A stretch of 64,000 nt of DNA from an uncultured Lentisphaerales bacterium. GTDB taxonomy: Bacteria; Verrucomicrobiota; Lentisphaeria; JABSQK01; JAJFLO01. The notes beneath the pieces are model-generated. The model was not told where the DNA came from and did not search any database. It worked only from the letters and a program-made list of their open reading frames with translations. The DNA lies in contig CAZTTH010000015.1 of the NCBI GenBank assembly GCA_964615975.1, positions 4,265 through 68,264 on the forward strand. Direction: 5' to 3'. Below, piece by piece: positions 52,023 through 61,517 of this stretch (position 1 is its first letter; every line of letters begins with the position of its first letter). The position numbers and the translations under genes are program-made.

Positions 52023-54917
52023 ATGTTACTTCTGAAGAATCTCCCCATCAGGAAGAAAATGACCATGATCATTCTGACCGCCTGCGCCACGGTACTCCTG
52101 ATCTCCTTCATCATCATGGCATTATATGATGGGGTCGAATTTCGTCGCAATCTGGTTCACGATATGACCGCGCTGGCTGACATTCTCGGAAAAAACAACC
52201 GTGCCGCGCTGGCTTTTAATGATACCAACACGGCAAACGAGATATTACAGGCCTTGCAGGCCAAACCCCGTGTGCTTATGGCTTGTCTCTATGATCAGGA
52301 TGGCCATGAATTCGCGGTATATGTCCATCCGAATTATTCCGGGGATCCTCCCCCCTCCGTTCAGCATGATGGCTTTCAATTCAAAAATGATTGTCTTGAA
52401 CTTTTCCGCCCCATCCTGCTTAATGACATGCAGATTGGCACCATCTTTCTGCGTACAGATTTGGGACAAATCACGGCGCGGCTGCGGGTGTATGTGAATA
52501 CATCACTGATGGTCCTGGTTGTCTCGCTCATCCTTGCCTATGTCATCTCCGCCAGGCTGCAACGCCCCATCACCCAGCCCATCCTGGCTCTGGCAAATAC
52601 GTCCAAGAAGATCACATCACAGCAGGACTATACACTGCGGGCGGAAAAGTTTAATCACGATGAAATTGGCCATTTGGCAGATGCTTTTAATGACATGATT
52701 GTCCAGGTTCAACAGCGCGAAGCGGCATTGCAATCCGAAATCAGCGAACGACAACAAGCAGAAGAGTCATTACGCGACAGTAAAGCACAAATTCAAACCA
52801 TTGTTGAGAACCTTGCCGAAGGAGTCGTCGTTTCCGATCTCAATGGTCAAATTCTGTATTTTAATCGCGCCGCGCTGAATATGCACGAACTCGATGACAC
52901 GGGGGATTACCGGCACTCCTTTTCCGCGTTCGCCACCAGGTTTGAATTGTCCACCGCAAATGGAACGCTTTTATCTCCGGATCAATGGCCGCTGGCGCGC
53001 ATCCTGCGCGGCGAAAAACTGACCGACCTGGAATTCCAGATCCGCCGCCGGAATTCAACCTGGGAACGAATCTATAGTTACAGCGGCGAAATTGCTCGCG
53101 ACCATTCCGGTGGCTCCCTGATGGCAATCATGACCATTCATGACATCTCCGAGCAGAAACAAGCCGATAAAAAGCTGCAGGCACAACTGAGCCGACTCGA
53201 CCTCCTCAGTCGGATTACCCACGCGATCGGAGAACGCCAGGACATCGCCAGCATCTATCAGATTGTGCTGCGCACTCTTGAGGAAAATCTTCTTCTTGAT
53301 TTCACCTGTGTCTGTCATTATGACCATGGTCATAATGCCCTCATATTCAACCACATAGGGGTGAATAACTCCGGGTTGATCTCCCGGATCGCCCTTGTCG
53401 ATCAGGAACAAATTTCCATCGCTGATGGCATCCTGGCACGCGCGGTTCGCGGACAATTGATTTATGAGCCGGATTTAGGTCAGATAGATTCCTCCTTCCC
53501 CCAACGCTTGTTTCGCGCCGGCTTGCGGTCTCTGGTAATTGCGCCCTTATTGGTGGAAAGTAAAATTTTCGGGGTGTTGATAGCGACACGGAAAGAAGCC
53601 AATAGTTTCAGTCCTGGTGAGTATGAATTCATTGGACAGTTATGCAAGCATGTGGCCTTGGCCGCGCATCAGGTGCAACTCTATGAATCGTTGCAACAAG
53701 CCTATAACGACCTGCATCAGTCCCAGCAAACCATCATGCAGCAAGAACGCTTGCGGGCGCTTGGCCAGATGGCCAGCGGTATTGCGCATGACATTAACAA
53801 TGCCCTCTCCCCGGTTTCACTTTATACCGAATCCCTGCTGGAAAATGAACCCAATCTCAGCGTTAAGGGACGACAATATCTGGAAACGATTCAACGTGCC
53901 ATTGATGATGTCTCCCATACCATTGGACGGATGCGTGAATTCTATCGTCAACGCGATCATCATGTCGAGCATGCCATGATTCAAATCAATGAATTAATTG
54001 AACAAGTAATTGAACTGACTCGCGCCCGCTGGTATGACATGCCTCAGCAGCGCGGGCATGTGATCAAAATTCAACCGGAACTGGAGGCCAATCTCCCTGC
54101 CATCAGAGGATCAGAAAGCGAAATCCGGGAAGCGCTCACCAATCTCATTTTTAATGCGGTGGATGCCATGCATGAGGGCGGGACATTGACATTGCGAACG
54201 AAATCGACCCCTGCTGCGGTGCATCTTGATGGGACTCCGACATTATCTTCGGTGCATCTCGAAGTGATTGATACCGGAATTGGCATGAGTGAAGAAATTC
54301 GGAATCGTTGTCTGGAACCGTTTTATACCAACAAGGGAGAACGCGGGACTGGATTGGGACTGGCCATGGTGTTTGGAATTTTGCAACGCCATAACGCCGA
54401 TATTGAAATCCACAGTCAATTAGGCCAGGGCACAACGGTTCGGCTTGTATTCCCAGTCCCCCAGACCTCAGTAGACATGCCGCTTAAATCGGCGGTTGAT
54501 CAAAAGTCACACACGCGAATTCCGCCCATGCGCATTCTGATCGTGGATGATGATCCGTTTCTGATTAAATCACTTGCAGATACTTTGGAAACCGATAACC
54601 ATATGGTAGTCAAAGCGAATGGCGGACACCATGGCATTGAATTATTTCAGCAGGCCTTTGATCAGGAGCACCCTTTTGATGTCGTGGTTACTGATCTGGG
54701 TATGCCAAACGTGGATGGACGCAAAGTCGCCAGCGCCATTAAAGCCATATCGCCGGCGACGCCGGTGATCATGCTCACGGGGTGGGGACAACGCTTGATT
54801 GCCGAAAATGATATTCCAATGAATGTCGATTGTGTTCTTAATAAACCACCCAAATTACAAGATTTGCGACAAGCCTTGGCGCGATATGGCCACCGCTCAT
54901 TGAATCACGGAGCGTAA
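52023..54917 (+). CDS. hybrid sensor histidine kinase: TM-periplasmic CHASE8-like sensor-TM-HAMP-PAS-GAF-HisKA-HATPase-REC
   Basis: The sensor region is ALAFNDTNTANEILQALQAKPRVLMACLYDQDGHEFAVY between two TM segments. It is followed by HAMP (IGHLADAFNDMI). The H-box is GIAHDINNALSP and the G-boxes are DTGIGM and GTGLGLAM. The C-terminal REC has VVVTDLGMPNVDG. Confidence 0.9.
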   Translation: MLLLKNLPIRKKMTMIILTACATVLLISFIIMALYDGVEFRRNLVHDMTALADILGKNNRAALAFNDTNTANEILQALQAKPRVLMACLYDQDGHEFAVYVHPNYSGDPPPSVQHDGFQFKNDCLELFRPILLNDMQIGTIFLRTDLGQITARLRVYVNTSLMVLVVSLILAYVISARLQRPITQPILALANTSKKITSQQDYTLRAEKFNHDEIGHLADAFNDMIVQVQQREAALQSEISERQQAEESLRDSKAQIQTIVENLAEGVVVSDLNGQILYFNRAALNMHELDDTGDYRHSFSAFATRFELSTANGTLLSPDQWPLARILRGEKLTDLEFQIRRRNSTWERIYSYSGEIARDHSGGSLMAIMTIHDISEQKQADKKLQAQLSRLDLLSRITHAIGERQDIASIYQIVLRTLEENLLLDFTCVCHYDHGHNALIFNHIGVNNSGLISRIALVDQEQISIADGILARAVRGQLIYEPDLGQIDSSFPQRLFRAGLRSLVIAPLLVESKIFGVLIATRKEANSFSPGEYEFIGQLCKHVALAAHQVQLYESLQQAYNDLHQSQQTIMQQERLRALGQMASGIAHDINNALSPVSLYTESLLENEPNLSVKGRQYLETIQRAIDDVSHTIGRMREFYRQRDHHVEHAMIQINELIEQVIELTRARWYDMPQQRGHVIKIQPELEANLPAIRGSESEIREALTNLIFNAVDAMHEGGTLTLRTKSTPAAVHLDGTPTLSSVHLEVIDTGIGMSEEIRNRCLEPFYTNKGERGTGLGLAMVFGILQRHNADIEIHSQLGQGTTVRLVFPVPQTSVDMPLKSAVDQKSHTRIPPMRILIVDDDPFLIKSLADTLETDNHMVVKANGGHHGIELFQQAFDQEHPFDVVVTDLGMPNVDGRKVASAIKAISPATPVIMLTGWGQRLIAENDIPMNVDCVLNKPPKLQDLRQALARYGHRSLNHGA

Positions 54918-55084
54918 TTCTCAAATCCCTTTATGTTAAGATGGAGAGTTTTCATTTTCTCATGTGAGCGAAAGACATTTATTCCCGGGATATTGACGTG
55001 TGAATCAATCAGGCGATATTTTCACAACCGGAACCAACACCTCAATAACAACTTATACCCTCCTGTTCTGATGGTTATTTAGAG

Positions 55085-57139
55085 ATGAAATACGATGTGG
55101 AAAAACTGGCGATTCGGCTCCTTATCGTCGATGATGAAGCGCCGCAGATGACAGCCCTCTGTGATACCCTTCGTGATTATGGCTATGAAACCTCTGGATA
55201 TACCTCCGCATTGGAAGCAATAACCGCCTTGCGCGCCACCGAATTTGATATCGTTCTCAGCGATCTGATGATGCCGGAGATGGATGGCATCGCGTTTCTG
55301 ACCGCAGCCCTGGAAATCGACCCCAATCTGGTCGGGATCATCATGACCGGTCATGGCACGATCAAAACCGCGGTTTCGGCAATGAAGGTGGGCGCCTTGG
55401 ATTATGTGCTTAAACCATTCAAGATCAGCGCGATTCTTCCCGTGCTTAATCGGGCGGCGACCATGCGTCAATTGCGTACCGAGAATATTCAATTAAGAGA
55501 AATTATTGGGATTTATGAACTCTGCATGGCACTGACATTCGCCATGGATTACGATACGATTCTGGAGAAAATCGCCGTTGCCGCCCATCACCAGTGCAAC
55601 CATGGTGATGTGATTGTGATGCTTCCCGATGAAACCGGCAGGGAATATTGGGCGGCAGTTACTCATGGAGAAAACAGTGAGAAGTTTCGCGGCATCAGAG
55701 TCAGCATTGATGCGGCGATGAAGGAATGGATCACGGGTTTCACTATTGGATCATTAAACAGCGAAGCGATACACGCGGCCCCATCTGGCAGTGAAAATCC
55801 ACTCCGCCATATCATACCCGGGATCGCCATTCCCATGATCTCCGGCGGCAAAGTCATTGGAATTTTGATCTTCAACCCGCTCAACTCCACCCGCCTGGTT
55901 ACTTCAGGGAAAATCAAGGCAATGAATATTCTCGCGGGCGCCGGCGCCTCGGCATTGGAATCCGCATTGTTATTACAACAATTGCGCGCCGCTGAAATGC
56001 GCTACCGACGGTTGGCGGAAAATGCCGAAGATATTATCTATCGTATTGAATTTGAACCCACCCATCGTTATCGCTATGTCAATCAGGCCATTAAATCTCT
56101 TACCGGCTACACTCCCGAAGAACTCTATAACGACCCGGATTTTGGCATTGCCCTAACCCATCCGGATGATCGTCATCTGATCAAACAGATTTATGACGGC
56201 GAGTTTGCCAGCGGCATGACCTTCACGATGAGATGGATATGCAAGAATACCGCGGTGGTATGGGTGGAACAGCGGGTTATTCGGATCCCCAACGAACTCG
56301 GACAATTAATCGCCATCGAGGGCATTGTGCGCGATGTCACGGAGCGCAAACGCACGGAAGAAGAAATACTCCATCTCAATCAGGAATTGGAACAACGCGT
56401 CCGTGATCGCACCGCGGACCTTGAAGCTGCCTATGCGGAATTGGAATCATTCTCCTATTCAGTATCCCATGACTTAAGAGCGCCTTTGCGCGCCATCGAA
56501 GGCTTTTCCAGTATTCTGCTTAAAGATTTTTCATCCCAGCTTCCGGACCAGACACAATACTTATTGAATCGTATCATTGTCAATACGACCCGCATGAGTC
56601 AATTAATTGATGACTTATTGCACTTTTCAAAGTTGCAAAAACAACCCTTAAAAAAGAATCCGTTGAAATTGCATGACCTTGTTAGTGAAGTCGTGGCTGA
56701 ATTGCTGGAAGCGACTGGGGATCGCACAATAAATATTGTTGTCAACCCCCTGCCTGATTGCACCGGCGACTTGTCCTTGCTCAGGCAGGTTTTCTTCAAT
56801 CTGTTAGCCAATGCCATAAAATTCACGCGGATCAGGGAACAAGCCATGATCGAAGTCGGTTGCACTCCACAAACAAAGGAGTTTATCTACTATGTCCGCG
56901 ACAATGGCGCCGGTTTCAATATGAATTATGGCGATCGACTGTTTCGCGTCTTTCAGCGCCTTCATCAGGTCAACGCGTTTGAAGGAACCGGACTGGGATT
57001 ATCCCTGGTAAAAAACATCATTAATCGTCATGGAGGACGAATTTGGGCGGAGGGGAAGGAAAATAAGGGAGCAACCTTTTATTTTTCCCTGCCCATAACC
57101 TTGGAAGAGAACCCCATATCAGCAAATGATGATCAGTAG
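55085..57139 (+). CDS. histidine kinase with N-terminal receiver: REC-GAF-PAS-HisKA-HATPase
   Basis: The REC has LLIVDDE and DIVLSDLMMPEMDG. The PAS has AEDIIYRIEF... The H-box is SVSHDLRAPLRAI and the ATP-lid motifs are RDNGAGF and GTGLGLSL. Confidence 0.9.
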   Translation: MKYDVEKLAIRLLIVDDEAPQMTALCDTLRDYGYETSGYTSALEAITALRATEFDIVLSDLMMPEMDGIAFLTAALEIDPNLVGIIMTGHGTIKTAVSAMKVGALDYVLKPFKISAILPVLNRAATMRQLRTENIQLREIIGIYELCMALTFAMDYDTILEKIAVAAHHQCNHGDVIVMLPDETGREYWAAVTHGENSEKFRGIRVSIDAAMKEWITGFTIGSLNSEAIHAAPSGSENPLRHIIPGIAIPMISGGKVIGILIFNPLNSTRLVTSGKIKAMNILAGAGASALESALLLQQLRAAEMRYRRLAENAEDIIYRIEFEPTHRYRYVNQAIKSLTGYTPEELYNDPDFGIALTHPDDRHLIKQIYDGEFASGMTFTMRWICKNTAVVWVEQRVIRIPNELGQLIAIEGIVRDVTERKRTEEEILHLNQELEQRVRDRTADLEAAYAELESFSYSVSHDLRAPLRAIEGFSSILLKDFSSQLPDQTQYLLNRIIVNTTRMSQLIDDLLHFSKLQKQPLKKNPLKLHDLVSEVVAELLEATGDRTINIVVNPLPDCTGDLSLLRQVFFNLLANAIKFTRIREQAMIEVGCTPQTKEFIYYVRDNGAGFNMNYGDRLFRVFQRLHQVNAFEGTGLGLSLVKNIINRHGGRIWAEGKENKGATFYFSLPITLEENPISANDDQ

Positions 57140-57659
57140 TTCTGTGGCGCCCTCGCCTGCCATGACCATGGCCAGAACGAACGGTCGCGTTTTTTCCTCT
57201 TGAATAGCCCACCATGGTGATTGCCTGAAGACAATCTTTTCTCTCCCAATCGACTTGAGTCCATAAGCGACGCTGCCACCACCCAATGTAGATTCTCGTT
57301 CTCGGCATCGCTCGGTCATAAGTTTGAGGTTGATAACCCATGCCTCCAGAGCTTGAAGATCCCATCGAACGCGAAATCCCAGGGTGTTGCTCCATACCGG
57401 TTTACCATGATGAAATAAAAACAACTTGCAACCATGCAATGTAATCCCTGGGAATGCCCCCATTTCATGACCGGAAACTGATACTCGCCCCAGGCTGGAA
57501 TCACTCTTTGACCGCAAGCAGTATCCCTCTGTTGATGATCGCAATGCGGGAATGGCGTCGACGATGGAATTATGAGCCCCACTTTCCGCCGTGTTGGTTT
57601 GCTCTCATCGAGACGATGATCATCTCTCAACACCTCTTCCGGGATGAAGACCATCCAGG

Positions 57660-58478
57660 TCAAAAGCCGTCGTGGTGATTCCAGTACACCGCGATCAGGA
57701 CCATGCCGAAGATGATCCGGTACCAGGCAAAAGGCACAAATGAATACCGTGAAATGAAGCGGATCAAGGTGCGAATGGCGAGCATGCCCGCAAGGAATGA
57801 CATGATGAATCCAGTGGCAAAAAGAGGAAGATCGTGCAGTGAGAGGATGTCGCGCTGAGTGAAGAGCTTCACCGCGCTTGCCCCGAGCATGGCCGGAAGC
57901 GCCATGAAAAAAGAAAACTCGGTGGCTGCAAGCCGGGTCAAACCTAATAATAATCCCCCCATGATGGTGGCGCCGGAACGAGAAAATCCCGGAAAAAGTA
58001 TCGCTAAAATCTGAAAACAACCGATTCCCAATGCCACCTGCCAGGAGATGGATTCGATGGTGTTGATGCGGGGATTATGGGGACGCCATTCCGCCCATAA
58101 AATCGCCACCCCCCCGAATACCAACGACAATGAGACGGAATAGGGATTGAAAAAATGGGTCTCGATCCACTCTTCCGTCGGCAAACCAATGATCACCGCG
58201 GGGATGGTGGCAACCATCAGGTTAATGATTAATTGGCGCGCCTGAGTGTCCTGGATACAATTGAGCCCGACCTGGGTGAGTTTTTCGCGATAGAGCCAGA
58301 CCACCGCGAGAATAGCGCCCAGTTGAATAAAGATAATGAATGCATTTTCCTTAACCCCGGTAAAATTCAGCCAATCCTGAACCAGGATGAGATGTCCGGT
58401 TGAAGAAACCGGAATGAATTCCGTGGCTCCTTCGACAATTCCCAAAATCACCGCTTTTAACAGGTTGAGTGACTCCAT
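57660..58478 (-). CDS. uppP: undecaprenyl-diphosphate phosphatase
   Basis: ILGIVEGATEFIPVSSTGHLIL and PGFSRSGATI are the BacA/UppP signature blocks. Confidence 0.92.
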   Translation of the reverse strand: MESLNLLKAVILGIVEGATEFIPVSSTGHLILVQDWLNFTGVKENAFIIFIQLGAILAVVWLYREKLTQVGLNCIQDTQARQLIINLMVATIPAVIIGLPTEEWIETHFFNPYSVSLSLVFGGVAILWAEWRPHNPRINTIESISWQVALGIGCFQILAILFPGFSRSGATIMGGLLLGLTRLAATEFSFFMALPAMLGASAVKLFTQRDILSLHDLPLFATGFIMSFLAGMLAIRTLIRFISRYSFVPFAWYRIIFGMVLIAVYWNHHDGF

Positions 58479-58685
58479 AATCTTGTTGAATACCCTTCTG
58501 CCCGGTTTGTTGTTTGTTCTCTAGCGATCAGATATTACCATACCCATGACAATAAAATGAAGATTGGAGATCGGGCAAGGCATGGTTTTAATCGGACACG
58601 AAAGCCGGGACAACTAATATCCATCCTTCCTGCCAGCGTATACTTCGCTGCCGGTGGGCCGTGATCGCGGTAAAAGTGTTCGTGT

Positions 58686-59165
58686 TTATGGGGTGACGTG
58701 CATCACTCCGCGCATGGATTGCCAATGTCCGGAGTAGGTGCAGATATAGGGGTAATCACCTGGCGCGGGCGCGGTAAAAACAATCTCGGATTTTTGGCCC
58801 GGCGGCGCCAGCGGAGTGCGCAGCAAGATCTTCGGATGGTTATCGGGGTAGAATTCCTTGGTTTGTCCCGCTTCAGCGGAGGCTTTGCCGACTTCTGCGA
58901 CCACCGCATCCAGTTCGGCGGCGGATGAACATCGGGTTAAAAGGACGAAATTATGCGACATGACCATCGGCAATCCAGTGGCGATATTGTCCATGACGAC
59001 ACGGACTTGTTTCCCGGTTTTGACTGTAAATTCAGTTTGTTTCCACTTTAATTCATTGTACTGTGGCTGCATGAAGATTTCATAATCGATTTTGCTTCCG
59101 CACCCGCCGGCGATCATCAAACCAACGCCAATTACCGCGCCAATGGCAAAGTTTCTGGTTTTCAT
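58686..59165 (-). CDS. azurin-like type-1 copper protein (cupredoxin), probable lipoprotein
   Basis: The lipobox is MIAGGC. MSHNFVLL parallels azurin MGHNWVLS, which holds a His ligand. YICTYSGHWQSMRG parallels FFCTFPGHSALMKG, which holds the Cys/His/Met ligands. Confidence 0.8.
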   Translation of the reverse strand: MKTRNFAIGAVIGVGLMIAGGCGSKIDYEIFMQPQYNELKWKQTEFTVKTGKQVRVVMDNIATGLPMVMSHNFVLLTRCSSAAELDAVVAEVGKASAEAGQTKEFYPDNHPKILLRTPLAPPGQKSEIVFTAPAPGDYPYICTYSGHWQSMRGVMHVTP

Positions 59166-59347
59166 GGATTATCCTCTTTGAAAGAATGTGGTGGCCCGTT
59201 ATCAGGTTTTAACTATGATATTAATTTGGTTTTGAATCAACAACGGATTAACATATCCTTCTTATGTGGTGCTGCAATCAAGTTCAATCTTTAGATTACG
59301 GCTCATTTCACCTCAAAAATAAAATAAAATCAGCGTGGAGATTTATC

Positions 59348-59995
59348 ATGTATCGCAATCTAATATGGCTCATTTGCTTAATTTTATTCGTTTCAACCAG
59401 GCCAATCAATGGCGGGGAAACTCTGACATTGAATCGTCAGGAGGTAACGCGATTGATCAGCGATCAAATTCACATCGACGACCCCAACAAAATCACCGCC
59501 ATCCTTGATCGTATCATTGGCAATAAAGATTGGGAACCTTATGGATTTGTCTTGCCGGATAATGGCATCAGGGTGGATGTGATGAAAAATGAAATGACCG
59601 CGGGCACCTTCTGGATTCATGATCAGTCGATTTATTGCTTCCATCAGGACCGTTATGAAATACGGCGCATCTCCGCCGTGCAGAAAAGTCAAGTGGTTGC
59701 TTTGCTCGGGGTCGCCGGGAAAGCAAAAATTGCTCCTGGTGTCAGCGATCATAATCATTCTGTCCAGCTTGAGGAGAGCAGTCCAGGAAGCATAAAAACC
59801 GAGGTCAGCAAAGATGTCACGCTCGATTTCCTCATGGATGACAATGCCGCGCCCAATACCCTCAATCTTGACAATCTCGGTGGCGGCACCATCAACAATG
59901 TCCCCAACCGCCAACTGGAAGTCAAACCGCAGTTAAACAACGACGGGAATTTTGACTTGCACTTGGACGACATTGATCACATTGAAAAAAAATAA
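59348..59995 (+). CDS. hypothetical secreted protein
   Basis: ATG 59348 is preceded by GGAG. The signal peptide is MYRNLIWLICLILFVSTRPINGGE. No family recognised. Confidence 0.55.
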   Translation: MYRNLIWLICLILFVSTRPINGGETLTLNRQEVTRLISDQIHIDDPNKITAILDRIIGNKDWEPYGFVLPDNGIRVDVMKNEMTAGTFWIHDQSIYCFHQDRYEIRRISAVQKSQVVALLGVAGKAKIAPGVSDHNHSVQLEESSPGSIKTEVSKDVTLDFLMDDNAAPNTLNLDNLGGGTINNVPNRQLEVKPQLNNDGNFDLHLDDIDHIEKK

Positions 59996-60004
59996 GCCAT
60001 CATT

Positions 60005-61411
60005 ATGGAAAACAATAACGATTTGCCGTTGATAAAACCCCGCATTCGCCCGCCGCTCGATCCTTATTTTCGTCCGGCCTGCCTTGCCAATCGGGCTTTT
60101 CGCAAACACGTCTCAAAAACCGGTGAGGGGGTGCCGGTCTCACTGGCGCTGGAACGCCATCCCGGGTCGATCTCCCGCTTTGCCACCACGATTTTTCCGA
60201 TTAATCATCCCGAATCCAAGGGGAATTTCATCTATCTTGAGCGCCTGCTCAAATGTCTCCTCTGGTCGCGGGGGGGCAGCAAGCTGTATATTGCCGGACC
60301 GATTAATTTAATCCGGCGATTGCAAGCGCATTATACCCAGACCACCGCGGGAATTTTCGATGCCGACATGATGGGCAAGAAGATCTATCATCATCCCTTT
60401 ACCATCATTCCGGCAGCCGCGGATGAGTTGCCCGCGGCCTGCGAGCCGGCGGCGGCGTTGGGGCGGCATCTGGATGGTTGCCGCATCGGCTTTGATCTGG
60501 GCGCCAGCGACCGCAAGGCTGCCGCCATCATTGACGGCGAATGCATCCATAGCGAAGAAATCCCCTGGTTCCCGGCGTTGGAGAAGGATCCCCAATGGCA
60601 CTTCGACCAGATCATGGATTCGTTAAAAAAGGCAGCCGCGCATCTCCCGCACGTCGATGCCATCGGCGGCAGCGCCGCCGGGGTGTATGTGAAGAATCAG
60701 GTGCGTGTCGCCTCGTTGTTTCGCGGTGTGCCTGACGCGGTGTTCAAGGAACAGATAGGCCCCTTATTTCACAATCTCAAAAAGGCCTGGAATGATATTC
60801 CCTTCGAAGTTGTCAACGACGGTGAAGTCACCGCGCTGGCCGGCGCCATGGCATTGAACCGCAATGGCATATTGGGGATCGCCATGGGTTCCAGTCTCGC
60901 CGGCGGCTATGTGACCCAGGAAGGGACAATCACGGACTGGTTGAATGAGTTGTGTTTTGTCCCGGTTGACTATCATCCTGCAGCGGCGATCGATGAATGG
61001 TCGGGCGACTATGGCTGTGGCGTGAGGTACTTTTCCCAACAGGCAGTCGGCAGATTGATCCCGAAATCAGGACTGGAGATAGAAACGACCCTGCCGTTGC
61101 CCGAACAACTAAACAAGGTACAGCAAGCGATGGCGGCGGGTGATGAACGCGCGGCAGCGATTTATCACACCATTGGCGTTTACCTCGGGTATACCCTGGC
61201 GCATTACGCGGAATTCTATGACTTCAATTATTTACTCGTTCTTGGCCGGGTCATGACCGGCGCGGGAGGAGATCTGATCATTGACCATGCGCGACAAATT
61301 TTAAATGATGAATTTCCCGAACTCGCGCAAAAAATACACTTTCATTTTCCTGATGAAAAAGAAAAACGCCATGGCCAGGCGATTGCCGCGGCCAGTCTGC
61401 CGGTGATTTAG
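60005..61411 (+). CDS. ROK-family/ASKHA-fold sugar-kinase-like protein with a ~150-aa N-terminal extension
   Basis: RIGFDLGASDRKAA is phosphate-1-like. EVVNDGEVTALAGAM and GIAMGSSLAGGYV resemble ROK/glucokinase blocks. The substrate is unknown. Confidence 0.6.
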   Translation: MENNNDLPLIKPRIRPPLDPYFRPACLANRAFRKHVSKTGEGVPVSLALERHPGSISRFATTIFPINHPESKGNFIYLERLLKCLLWSRGGSKLYIAGPINLIRRLQAHYTQTTAGIFDADMMGKKIYHHPFTIIPAAADELPAACEPAAALGRHLDGCRIGFDLGASDRKAAAIIDGECIHSEEIPWFPALEKDPQWHFDQIMDSLKKAAAHLPHVDAIGGSAAGVYVKNQVRVASLFRGVPDAVFKEQIGPLFHNLKKAWNDIPFEVVNDGEVTALAGAMALNRNGILGIAMGSSLAGGYVTQEGTITDWLNELCFVPVDYHPAAAIDEWSGDYGCGVRYFSQQAVGRLIPKSGLEIETTLPLPEQLNKVQQAMAAGDERAAAIYHTIGVYLGYTLAHYAEFYDFNYLLVLGRVMTGAGGDLIIDHARQILNDEFPELAQKIHFHFPDEKEKRHGQAIAAASLPVI

Positions 61412-61495
61412 ACTGCAAGCAGTCGAATTTTCGCTCGCCGCGATTCCACCCTGACTGGTAATCAAGCAAGCTTTTTCTAAACCTCGATTGGGTTC
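61411..61495 (+). repeat. intergenic repeat, family B copy 2
   Basis: GACTGCAAGCAGTCGAATTTTCGCTCGCCGCGATTCCACC...GCTTTTTCTAAACCTCGATTGGGTTC. It starts at the G of the TAG stop of the ROK-like gene on the same strand. Confidence 0.5.
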
Positions 61496-61517
61496 TATCT
61501 AATTAGGTGCGGCAATA

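Noticed and set aside
57316-58020. 234-aa minus-strand ORF
   Set aside because: Its N-terminal half overlaps the strongly supported uppP gene in another frame, and the rest has no recognisable features.
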